From positions 54,870,001 to 54,934,000 of the forward strand of contig JAGIQG010000004.1 of NCBI GenBank assembly GCA_024679065.1: a DNA stretch of 64,000 bases, in the 5' to 3' direction. The notes beneath the pieces are model-generated. The model ran no database searches. It was not told the DNA's origin and was given only the letters and a program-made list of their open reading frames with translations. Source of the DNA: Sphyrna mokarran (Eukaryota). Positions 52,428 to 64,000 of the stretch are shown here, piece by piece. Positions within the stretch are counted from its first letter, which is position 1. Every line of letters begins with the position of its first letter. The translations under genes were made by a program, and so were the position numbers.

Positions 52428-55400
52428 AGTGCGTGTGCGTGGAATCTAGAAAATGTTAATAAAGCAATTCAACACTTGAAACATAGTTCAGAATGTTTTA
52501 TGAATGGTAAGTATTAGAAATTAATAAATGAATTCACTACTTAAAACACAGTTCTGAGTATTGTTTTTAATTATTAAGTAAACACTGTTGATAATTTCTG
52601 CCTCTGCTGCACATAATTCCACGAATGCAATACCATAGTGTTTGACCAAGGAAAAAACACTTCCAATACAATTGGAAGCGCAGAGAGCAGAAAGATTCAA
52701 AAGCTAGGAGCAAGACGAAGGAGCCACAAATGAGGAAAATTGAGAGTTCGTGCAGCATTCGCTTAGAACTATTTCACCTTGAATCTTACAACATATTCGT
52801 CCTCTAACATTAGATCATATAATCTCAACTCCTGATTGAATTCTATATGGAAAATGAGCTTGATTCCATGTAAACGGCTATATTATGAAGAGGGAGAAGG
52901 CTATGGTTGCGTTTTCACATCTATTCTTTTTTACAGGCTGTCAGGTAACTTGATGGATGAATGGTGATAAATGACGTTAATTTTTAAATAAATCTATTTG
53001 GTAATTGTGCATACGATGCTTCTGAATGTGCAAGCATTTCTGTTGTGTTACGTTTTACTGACATTAAGAGAAGAGCCCCATAATTTTCCGTTCATAGAAT
53101 GATAAATGCGCGGTGCGTTAAAAGACTATTAAAAACAGTACACACAGCTTGCATTTCTGCTTCTATCCATAGACACGACATAAGTTCTGAAGTTATGCAA
53201 CATTATTAGTTTGCTTTCTTTTGTACCAAGTCATAAGCGTAGAATCGTCTTCCTGCTTCTGGCCGTTCAATTGCCCGGAAAATTAAACACAGGCCCTGTT
53301 CGGAATATGAAGAGCGAGATTTACTGGTAACATGAGATGTATTTTCGCAATAGTCAGCCCTTCGAACTGAATAAATTGTCAATAACTTTATTAATGAATG
53401 TATGTAGTCTCTTCTCTGCAAGTTGTTTGCATATTTTACGATGATTGCACTCCACAGAGAATTGTTTGTGGTATGTTTTGGAATGAACCAGGTGAGTGAT
53501 TAGGACATCATTTGAAAGCAGTATCTTTACTATACTTCACGGTAGTAAGTCTTTCGAGCAATACTCTTTTACTGTGGCAAATGTTTTCCAATGTGCAGTT
53601 GTGCAGTTTTTCAATATCAAACTTCAAATATTTAATATTATTTAATGCTGAATGATATGCTTCAATCAAACCTTAGAGGAGAAGCAAAAAGCTCTATCAT
53701 TTTTTAACCCGACCCATTATCTCAACTTCGATCAATATTTTGCCAGCATCCTCTTCCTTCATTAAGACCAAGATACAATACTTATCCAGAATTCTATCTG
53801 CTGCGTTAAACATATATCACATTCTTTGTTTCAATAGATGACTCCACACCCGCGGCCAGATTGCTATGGGCATACTGGGAGTAGTTCTTTGATTCCGTTT
53901 TATGTTAACTGCTATTCTATTCTCATGTATTTCTTATGTATTTTCGAGTCTTAATTCCCTTTTCTCGTCCTCTTTCAACTTATGGTATCTGCCCTGAGTA
54001 ATCCATCTGACATGCACCTTGCACCTGTTTTGTTTCAGCATAACATACACCTTCCAAACACCCAACAATCTGCTTAACATTGGGTTGTCTTTATCTATTG
54101 TTGAAATGTATCTATTCTGGACCCGAAATGTTTCCTCCTTAAAGATTCCCTCTTTGTTTCCTGAATGAACTTGCACTAAATTTTCATGTTGGAATATAGT
54201 ACAGGCTAAATATATTCTCTTTAATTAAAGCAGAGATAAATAAAACCACACATTTTTCACCCATGTTTTCATCTCCTTATGGACATTTCGGGTGGTATAC
54301 AGTCAATTTTTTACATGGCTTCAACACACAACCTGCGTATGCGTTGGGGAGGACATCCAAAAAACTATTTTACTCTCAGCGGAGGCCTACAACTTCAGTT
54401 CACTGATGAACCATCAAGAATGGAAACTGTAAGTTTTTAACTTATCTTTTTATCTCAAAGAAGTGTCAATCCATTTGACATGTTCCATCAGTGATTGAAA
54501 TTCAACAAAATCAGGAAATCCACATCGAAATGTTGATGATTGCATATTCTTGTCAGGTTAACTCATTATGAGGAGCCGTTGGAAATTTTCCAAGAGAAGA
54601 ATGCTGTGTAAAAGCAAAGCATTTATTTGTGAGGCAGTATCGCAGTAAAGTGCATTGCTTATCTGTTTTTTTTTCTATAAATGTAATGATGTTGAGGAAG
54701 CGTACAAGGCTATTCAACTTTTCAGTTCGTTTCTGACGTTAACTCCTGGGCCCAATTTACTTATTGTTGCGCCATATATCTCGAAATATTTATCCAAGAA
54801 TCATGTGTCTGTCTAAATCCTTGATGAATTTAATGAGTTTCTAAGTTACAAATATCCATTACAATTTGCGTGAAAATGAACATGTGCAATATACTCATGC
54901 TATAATACTTCTTATTAACTCTAAATATGTATTTGTTCGAGCGATTTTTATATTTACTACCTCAACTTATATTAGATTCATTTCGACGTTTAGTTTATAA
55001 ATATGATTAGCATTCCACAGTGCCATTTGCAAGGCGACAAAATATGGAGAGCTGTTTTTCAATATTTAAGTGTGTACAACGTTCTGGTAGTAATTCATCA
55101 GCCTGACTGTTTCTCCTCTTACAGATTTCTCCTGGGTTGCACTAGAGCTCGAGCATTTTGCTGTTTTCGTTTCAGATTTTCAGCATCATCTATGTTTCAT
55201 TTCTTATATCATGAGATGGAATGTTTTGAGAGATAACTGACTACAACCGATGATTCAGGCTTTTGCTACACATTGCATTGAGAATGAGCTGTGGTGAGAG
55301 CAAGGGTGAAGAAGAATATAATCATATATTGTGATGGGGTTGAATTAAACCAAGTGGAATGGAACGTATTTTCAGTGAAATTATTGCATGGCGGAGTTGT

Positions 55401-58099
55401 TAGGGATCAGCAGCAGTTTTATTTATGGCATAAATTATTTGTGGTTTTAGATGCTCCCCAAACGTTTTGTTAACGGGATTATGTCGACGTAAAGGCAAGG
55501 AACGATTTGCTCTTGTAGCAATCAACCTCAGCGTAAATTATATCTAAATACTATGTGCCAACTTCTATGTATAAAAGTTTTCACTTTGCAGACCCCTATA
55601 AGATATATTGCATTTCCCGATTTTGCTCTATATTTGCAGCAGGCTGATTTTTCTTTACACTTGTTCCAAATACAAATTACTGCGAATGCTGGAAATATAA
55701 CACGATTGTCCGACATCTGAAGAATAATCACGACCTGAAATGTTGTTTGAATTTCTCTTTACATAGATGCCACCAGATCCCCATAACACTTCCACGTTTT
55801 CCGTGCTTATTTAATATATTTGAAGTGAACAGACACTAGTGAAAGTTCTAGGTGTTATTTGAACTTAAATTCTAATCGTATTCATTTGAAACTTTAACCA
55901 CGTAGACAACACGAAGTAGTTTAGCGAATGAACCCAGGAAATCTTCAACGAACTGCGGATGAATTTCTTTCAAAGGCAAGTCGGGAATTGACAAGCGTAG
56001 TAGGGCTTTTGCACTTCAGTTCAGATTTTGGGCATACACTAAATATCTAGGCAGCATTTTACGGGACCGTTCCACCCATCGATGGGCGGTTCGAACACGT
56101 AAAATCGCACAAGGGGGCAGATTACTCGCCTGAAATGAGCGAGAGGCTGAATAATTTTTGTAAATATACTTAAATGCGAATTTACATTTTAGCGAGGCCG
56201 GTGCCACTCGTCCGTGCTCTCCTGCCTCTCTAGACTCATAGGAAAGGCTATCTCTGGCGGGGGAAACATCTGTACCCCATGAACTGGAAACAGTCGGATC
56301 GGCTTCACTGGTAGAATTAGAGACCATTGAGGCACCTTCCCCAAGCCAAGGGCAAGGGAGAGGGGTTAGCTGCCCTTTGGGCAGTGCCAGCCTGAATCAG
56401 GAACGCTCCCATTTTTGCACTAGCTGGACACTCAGAATCATTCTCATAAAATTCCTCCGGCTGTCTCTGCTCTCTCACTGTAATTTGTTTCCCTCTGCGC
56501 AGCGGCACAAGCTGTACATCTTGCTCAGTGAAAGCTTCTGCCATTTAACTTACTCCAAGTCGCAACCCACATGTTGTTCTGACTGGCCTAACTGCGGCAA
56601 AATTAATATTCAATTGGCTTAAGACGTGCGTAATTGGTGTGTGATTGATGAAGAAAATATGATCAGTTTCTAAGTGATTTCTTGAAAGTAATACAATTTT
56701 CCATTTTTCAGTGATTGGCCCTGTTATCAATTGATCTCAGACCCAAAAGTAGAACTCTAGCATGGACCTCTGACGTTTAATGGAGAGAGGGGTGATAAAA
56801 TAAATGGGGAGCGGAGAATTAAAAGGGATCAAATTCCGAAAAGTGTAACAACATTTTCTGTTGACACATTGTTTTCAGTGCACGTGGATGAATACCCAGT
56901 TTTCGTCTCCTTTCAGTGACAAGGTAGTAGCTACACATAATACTTTGTTATCTTCAATTTATTGGTGGATATTCAGATTATAGATAATAATGCATTTGAT
57001 TATCTGATCAGTCTGCGAACGGCTGAAAATAGTATTAACTTCCTTCTATTTGAACAATGACCGGGGTTTAGATAAAGTGAACATCTTGTTCTGTGTGATA
57101 CAGTAGTACATTGTGGGTATAATATACGCATTGCATTTCTCTCCGTGTAAACCATAATGTACTGCAGTTGATCACAGTATCAACAAGCACAGTTTTTCCT
57201 AAAGACTCTACTGGTTAAAAAAAAGCCTAAGGATCTGGAAAATATCTCGTCAGATAATTTTGCAAGGTGTATTTGTGTAAAAATGCATGCTCCAAAACTC
57301 TGTGATTGGTTTATGATGATTATTCTTCAGAAAAGTTGTAGCCGCTCCATGTTTACTTGATTGCAGACGAACGCTCTTATAAATCTTCACATACCCATTT
57401 GTCTATGTGTGCATGCTAATTATGTAAGTAGCTTTAGTTTGATACATCAGATCATGGTCGGGGCTACATTTTCTGCTTTTAGAAGCAGTTCTGCATCGCT
57501 TTATGTAGTCGAGAGGTCGGTTAATTAAGAGAATTTTGGGAAAATTATGTTAATTTCTTAATACACGAAGTGTCGATTGTGTTCACTAAGCATTGATCTG
57601 TGCCACGTAAACTCCTTGGGGTGGCAATCGGACGGTGATTTCCACTCTGGAGGGACTTACCTTTGTTGAAATTCCAAAACCACTGTCTCGCCCAACATTC
57701 GTCTCTTAGAACTAATGAGAGAGGTGCAACAGGCAAAGGAAGGCATGCTTCTTTCTGGGCACAAGCCAATCTTGTGATTTCGCGATCTGATTTTAATTTT
57801 CTGTCGTTCTCTTCCCGTCAGCGTCACAGTAATCCTGGCCTGATTTACATTCCTCCCAGTCTGCCTCACAATGATCATGACCTGTTCCACATTCCTCCTG
57901 ATCAATACAACACCGCGGCTAACCCGCTACACATCTGCAATCTGTCAACAGATTGAGCACACTTATTCTACAGCTTCTTGCCATGACCCAAATGAATGTC
58001 TATGCAATTGCGTGGTTCCATTCTTCTATCATTGATTCCTAAGCGGAGAATAACAATCGATGATTACTCTTCTATTCCAGTAGTTCTACTATTGTCTCC

Positions 58100-59440
58100 C
58101 AAAGAAGGTACTCTGGCTTTGTGCTTATTTTCACCTATATGCTTCCCCTCTGAGATCTCATCCTAATACAGTGTTAGCGTTTACATCTATCTTGATGACA
58201 CACAGCTGTACCTCACCACAGCCTCTCTAAATGCTTCCCCATCCCTAAATTTTCACAATGATTCTACAACCTCCATTATTGGACAACATAATCCTGCAAT
58301 TAAAGATTAGGAAGTCCAAACCGTTTGTATTTGGTCTGCCACGTTATCCGGCTCTGTGTCTTTCGCATCGGCAAGTGCCTAGGGTTGATTTGGAATGCCT
58401 AAGATTGTTCTTATATTTCACCGTGAAATACCTTTCCGATTAGAAATCTATGCCATCAATAAGACCATCAGTTTTAACTCGTAGCATTTGCTGACTCAAT
58501 TGCTGCTCCAGCTGATTTACTTCCAAATCTTCATCCGTGTGCTTTTTACCTCGGGATGTAACTCCACCAATACATTCATTAACGATCTCTTGCGACTCGG
58601 AAAACCTTGTTGTTTGATACGCTGCAAGAAAGGGTATGTGGATGCATGTTGCGTTGACGAGATCATGCAGATACTGGACACCACTCAACAATTACTGGGC
58701 AGGAGTGTTCACTTCACTTCACTTCGGGGAATACTTCAGCAGTCGAGGGCATTCAGCCTCTGATCTTCAGTTAAGCGTACTCGAAGGCGGCTTTCAAGTC
58801 ACGTGACAACGCAGTATCGCCGAGAAGAAACTGATAGCCAAATTTCGCATACATGAGCACGGTCTCAACGGGATCTGGATTCAGCCTCACTATTTGTAGA
58901 AGCCCCCCACCATCCCACCCACTAACCCCTCACCACACACTATCCCTCCCCCCTCCCCCCCCACCCCCTCCCGACGAGCAAAATCTTGTTAACTGTCCTG
59001 GCTTGAGGGAATTCACACCTCTCTAATTTCTACTTAACGCCCTCTCCGCCCGCATTGTCTCTACCTGTAAAAACTTGACTACCTGTTAAGACTCGCATTC
59101 AAACCATTATCTTGCAAATTGAGTCTGTCCTCTACACACCCTATTCCGGAGCACAATGCTTCATTTGCCTGTTGATGGAGCAGCGTTGCGAAAGCTCATG
59201 CTACGAAATGAGCCTGTATTGGACTTTAACCCGGTGTTGTGAGACTTTTTACTCTTTTAATTCCATGTAGGTGTTATTTGATACTTTTCGCTAAATAGAC
59301 TCAGAAACACTTATGTCATCCAATTCAGATTTCTGCAGCATCCGCAATTTGAAATAGTCATGTATTGGTGGCCTTAACTTCACTAGTGACGTTTCTAAAT
59401 TGCGGCATTCTCTCCCTAATCCAATCCGCTCCAAGCGAAG
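58100..59440 (+). mobile_element. Degenerate L2-type LINE fragment interrupted by a Penelope-like element
   Basis: HIYLDDTQLYLTT RT motif at 58183-58220 and L2-like C-terminal remnants. Confidence 0.6.
58585..59255 (+). mobile_element. Penelope-like element 3' fragment (GIY-YIG endonuclease plus terminal repeat)
   Basis: Decayed CDSENL..LIRCKKG...GEYFSSRGHSASDL...AEKKLIAKFRIHEHGLN peptide. The terminal sequence matches the 12477-12570 arm. Confidence 0.8.
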
Positions 59441-60234
59441 CTAACAAGAAAGTATCTAACTTTAAAGAGGCCACAGTCTTTTCTTGCACCAGCACTGATA
59501 TTCGAGAAACTATAGCAGTTGTTATACAAGGCTAGCTCGTTTTCAAAGTGTTGCAATCAACAGATAAATGTATTCTGTTGCATCAGAGATGAGCTAAAGA
59601 GGCATATTCTTTAATTAGATTTCCAAACCCACGCGCCCGTATCAATATTTAGCAACATGCGTCAGCGATAGCAAACAAACCCACTAGCACTTTAGCTTAT
59701 CGTTTCAATGTGTTGACCTTTCCATTGCTGTTCATGAGTCCCTACTTTGAATATTAAAAGTCTTGCTGATCCGAGGAAGATATCACAGACAGATTTCATT
59801 GTTCACAGCCAACTTTGCTATGGAGCTAGAACGTCAGTCTCCTGGGAATGTTCTGGAGTAAAACATTAATCTAGGCATTACTTTTGATCAATTTGAGGGT
59901 TTTCACTCTCAGTGAATATTGCTATTTCTTTGTAGATAAAAACTAATCTGCCTGAATGCAGAAAGCCAACATATGCTCCCACTTGCATTCGAAGATACTT
60001 TGTCAATAAGCCTCCATAGCCATTTATAATTGCTATGTACGTTCGAGTCACCATATTTCCTTCTTTTTTGTGTGTTTGTATACAATCTTTTCAAAACATC
60101 TTTAGAATAATCATTACTGTGTTTCTGAAAGGGAACGCAAACTTGTCAAAAGAGTCATTTATAGTCGTCCAGTTATGTAGTGGGAGATATATTTTGCCGT
60201 ATTATTGATTCCAAAGTCCCATTTTATGGAAAGA

Positions 60235-60572
60235 TCTGGCGGGAAGGTCAATGCCCAGTGGACTAGGAATGCAGGAATCCTGAGTAATGTTCTGAGGCCT
60301 CGGGTTCGATTCCCAGTATGGCCGAAAGGAACTTTGAATTCAATTGAAAAATCTGGAATTGAAAAATCGAATGATGATAAGGAAAGCACTGTAAAAAAAA
60401 CAGGTTCTCTCATGCTCTTCAGGGAAGAAATGTGCCATCATTTCCGTACCTGGCTTAAATGCGACTTCAGAGACACAGCAATGCATTTGACTTTTAACTT
60501 CTCTTTGAAATGACCTAGTAAGGCACTTAGAAGGGCAACAAGTGCTGGTCTGATCAGCAATGCCGACATCCT
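60235..60572 (+). mobile_element. tRNA-derived SINE with Deu-like domain
   Basis: gggttcgattccc B-box, gacttcagagacacagcaatg...ctttgaaatgacctag core, and gccgacatcc tail. Confidence 0.65.
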
Positions 60573-60589
60573 AACAGAAAAATCATATC

Positions 60590-61515
60590 CGCGATCAGTA
60601 ATGATAGGCAATAACATCTCCTTCATGATTATCCTCAACACCAGTGCCCCACAAGGCTGTGTCCTGAACTCCCTATTTTGCTCCTTATATACCAAGGACT
60701 GGTAAAATTCTCCTCCAATTCTCTTTTGCTAATGACATTAGCATGGTGGTCGGATCTTAAGCAATATGAAACAGAATACACAACCCACTGAATTGGAACA
60801 ACAACAATAATCCTTCCCTCAATGTTAGTCAAATGAAGGAAAGAATCATTGACTTCGGGAAGTTTAATGGAGAACGTGCCCCTCTGGACAGCAACAGGCA
60901 TGAAGTGGAAATCATTCAGAGTTTCAAGTTTTTCAGTGTCTAAATTGCCAACGACTCGCCACTAACTAAGAAACTATAACTAAGAAAGCCCATCAATACC
61001 TCTACTTTCTCAGGAGCCTAATGAAATTCGGCGTGTCCGCTTCAACTGTCACCAAATTTTACAAATACACCAGAGAAAGCAACATTTCTGGATATATCAC
61101 AGCTTGGTATGGCTCCTGCTCTGACCAAGACCTCAAGACACTATAATGGGTCGTGAACGAAACCCAGTCCATTCACGTAAACTAGCCTTCCATACATTGA
61201 GTCTGCCTATACTTCTCCCTGCACTGAAAAGTAGCCAGCATAATCAAGGACCCTATGCAGCTCGGATATAGTCTCGTCCACATTATTCCATTTGGAAAAA
61301 GATACAAAAGTATAAGGTCATCTTCCAAACGGCTCAGGATCAGCTTCTTCCCTACTGCCATCGGATCTTTGAATAGATCTATTTTATATTAAGTTGATCT
61401 TTCTCGACAGCCTAGATAGGACTGTAACACTACATTCTGAAGCGTTATGCTTTGTCTCTACAGGAACAACATGCAATACTTTTCATTGAATACTAATATA
61501 TGTGACAATAAAAGA
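60590..61515 (+). mobile_element. Rex-Babar-type LINE 3' fragment
   Basis: GAPQGCVL-type RT remnant, ITAWYGSCS, tgtgacaataaa tail. Related to 30558-31840. Confidence 0.75.
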
Positions 61516-64000
61516 TTAGTTTAAAAGCAGGGACATAAAATGGAAATCCCTTACCTGTGTCTTTACAAATGGGAATGTGCTACATCTGTTCAATGAAATT
61601 GGATGACAAGATGTTGTAATGGATTTCTGTTTTTGCAAAACTCTTCCTTGATCATTTCCAATTCCATATGTATGATATACAGTAGGAGGATAAGAATCAG
61701 ATTAGTAAGGAACATTCCTCGCCAAGTGGCCAGAATTTGTTTAAAGTTGGCTTTTATTGTTGATTTTGGGCAATGTGCTGAAGCTGTGATTTCTGACTCA
61801 TTGAGATCAGTGTTAGGGTATTTTAGCGTATAGAAAAATGCAATACGTGTGGGAGACTTAAACTTAACCTTCCTAAATCTTGTGCAATCATTAGTAAGAA
61901 AAGATAGACAATGTATGCAGGAAGACGCCTTCAGTCACGTAAAGAAATTAATTAAATAATTAAATGCCAATAGACGAAATAGTTACATTTTTCCGTTGTA
62001 ACTTTAGTACTGTTTGGAAAGGTACAGTGACATGTTTAAAACAGAACATCCGTTGCACGCGTCTGTTGCTACAATTATATATTAAAACACGCGACGTTAA
62101 GTAATGCTGCTATTGAATACTTGATACGTCCACAGTGTGTTGCAATGTTGCTACATTTAGAAACGGTATGTTCGCATTTCGAGAAGATCGAGTGAAATAC
62201 GCCCACTGCCAAGTTCCAATCGTCAATACGCCTTGTCAATATTTAGCAAAGTATAAATGTAACTCAAAAAGAAAGTTACAAACCCCCAGCAAATAGTTTA
62301 CACTCTATCAGCTTATCCAGATAAACCGCCAACACAGTAATCTTTTACATACCGCGCATACAGTTGTCTCTATTTGAGTTAGCTTAGCATTAAAATTAAT
62401 TATACTATTTTGTTTCCATATTGAGCCAACTATTGTTTGTCAGGTAAGAAAATTAAATGTTAGGTAAACAGGAGTATTATGACAGTTGAACAATTGCCTA
62501 TTTACTTACATTTTTCAGGATCCATCTCCTTCCGGTTAAATCTTTTATTGTCAGCCTAACTAAACGGATCAAATCCCAGTGGATTAAAAACAAACAATGA
62601 ACATGGTTTCTTCCATGGAAGTATTTGAAGAAACAAATAAGACAACAGAGAAGGACGCTGCAGAAGATGCCGACTTTATGGAAGAAGAAAATGACAGTCT
62701 AGCACTATAGGAGAATGACGCTTGGATGAAGAATACATGCTGTTTATTGCAAAATGGAATTCGATGCATATGCATAAAAGAGAACTTCGAGTGCTCTGGG
62801 GAAAGAATCTGGATGGGAATAATTGGGCAATGCTGTTCAATTGCCAGCACGGGTCAAACGGTCACCTTCTCAGATACAGGATTCCACAATTCGACACAGT
62901 GTCATGTGGAAATAGATGTTTGTAAAGCAAGAAACAACTCGAACCTACTTTCAGAAATTGATAGGGAAATCCAAGTATTCAGCTTCAACTGTTTTCTTCC
63001 AGGAGCATCAGCTGAACTGGACGTAATGCACTGGTTCAACGTAATGACGGGACGTATGAATCTACACACAGGTTTTTCTGTGTTACTGAACAAAGTGAAC
63101 ACTGATCATAAATTTGTAAAAGATCCTAGAAAATCGATTTTTTAAAATTTTATTTTACAGATAATTAAGTAACACGGGACACAATGTATCGTTATAGCCA
63201 AAGGAACATAATTGTCATTATTTTTAAAATATATTTATTTTTGACAAGAAAGTTATCTTTTCCAGAAAAAAAATTTCTTAGAATAACCGAGTAGCAAGAT
63301 AATGTATTGCATTATCTGATAGTCATGATGTCGTCCAGTAAAAACACTGTTGGTGCCGGCACAGCAGATGGACGCGATCAGGGTAGACCGTAGGCGTGAA
63401 TTCTGCGTCGAAATTCAATTGCTAATCGTTTTCCGCCTCCGTATAGCCAGTCTTTTTTGCCCCATTTTGCTTCGTTCTCCGCAGTTGGGCATATTCAGTG
63501 CACGTTTCTTTAGCTTTGCCTTTGTCTGAGCCGGTCAACGCTACACGTGAGTATATCAGGTCATTACCGACTTTCCTTTGTTGCGTCTGCAAGGTCAATG
63601 TTTAAAAATATTGTTTACTGGTTGCATCACAAGTCCCATAGTCCGTTGTTCAAAAAAAATTCATCAGAAGGGCACGCAGATCATCTTATAACAGCATAGG
63701 GGCAAAGTCAACAGAGACATATTTCCTGCTTTATCGCATGGGTATTGATGTTACACTGGTGTATTTTATTTCTCTGATCGGTTACTCGGCCCCACCTGAG
63801 AATACTCACCTTGTCACTTTTATGCTTTGGAGTTTTGCTCAAATCTAATGCAGCATAATGCACAAATCCAGACGCATTCTCCTGTTTGTGCAAAACGGAA
63901 AACTTTTGTTACGTGGCTTGTTCATTGTGTTCATCAGTTTACACTAATTTTGGTCAAACATTGAGCGGATTAACTTGGAATCCAATAGACGTGCACAAAA

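Noticed and set aside
55017-55048. CACAGTG heptamers (also near 62131 and 62895) as recombination signal sequences
   Set aside because: No nonamer at 12- or 23-bp spacing and no adjacent gene segment.

Overview
Eukaryotic genomic DNA, AT-rich and heavily repetitive. The repeat content (CR1, Rex-Babar and L2 LINEs, V-domain tRNA-SINEs, Penelope-like elements) points to a cartilaginous fish; the taxon is inferred, not shown. The core of the window is a tandem pair of intact, spliced immunoglobulin-superfamily genes on the + strand: gene 1 CDS 6882-11259 and gene 2 CDS 33013-38296. Both have the same exon plan: leader (55 coding nt), a 306-nt V exon with a germline-fused J-like GxG[S/T]QLTV segment, a 297-nt C1-set exon, and a 106-nt transmembrane exon with an Arg, almost no cytoplasmic tail, and a stop codon 2 nt before a splice donor. 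They look like non-rearranging antigen-receptor-chain-like (VJ-C1-TM), probably activating receptors, with divergent CDR-like loops and a conserved C1. They lie in two copies of a duplicated block about 25-28 kb apart. Other content: an orphan, intron-containing, frameshifted two-exon POC5 fragment (44936-46202, - strand); a CR1 LINE family whose 3' end carries a whole degenerate SINE (4 copies); Penelope-derived hairpins with minimal hammerhead cores; a 60-bp templated insertion; and unidentified exon-like islands in the last 10 kb. All alignments and counts were done by eye; repeat boundaries are approximate.
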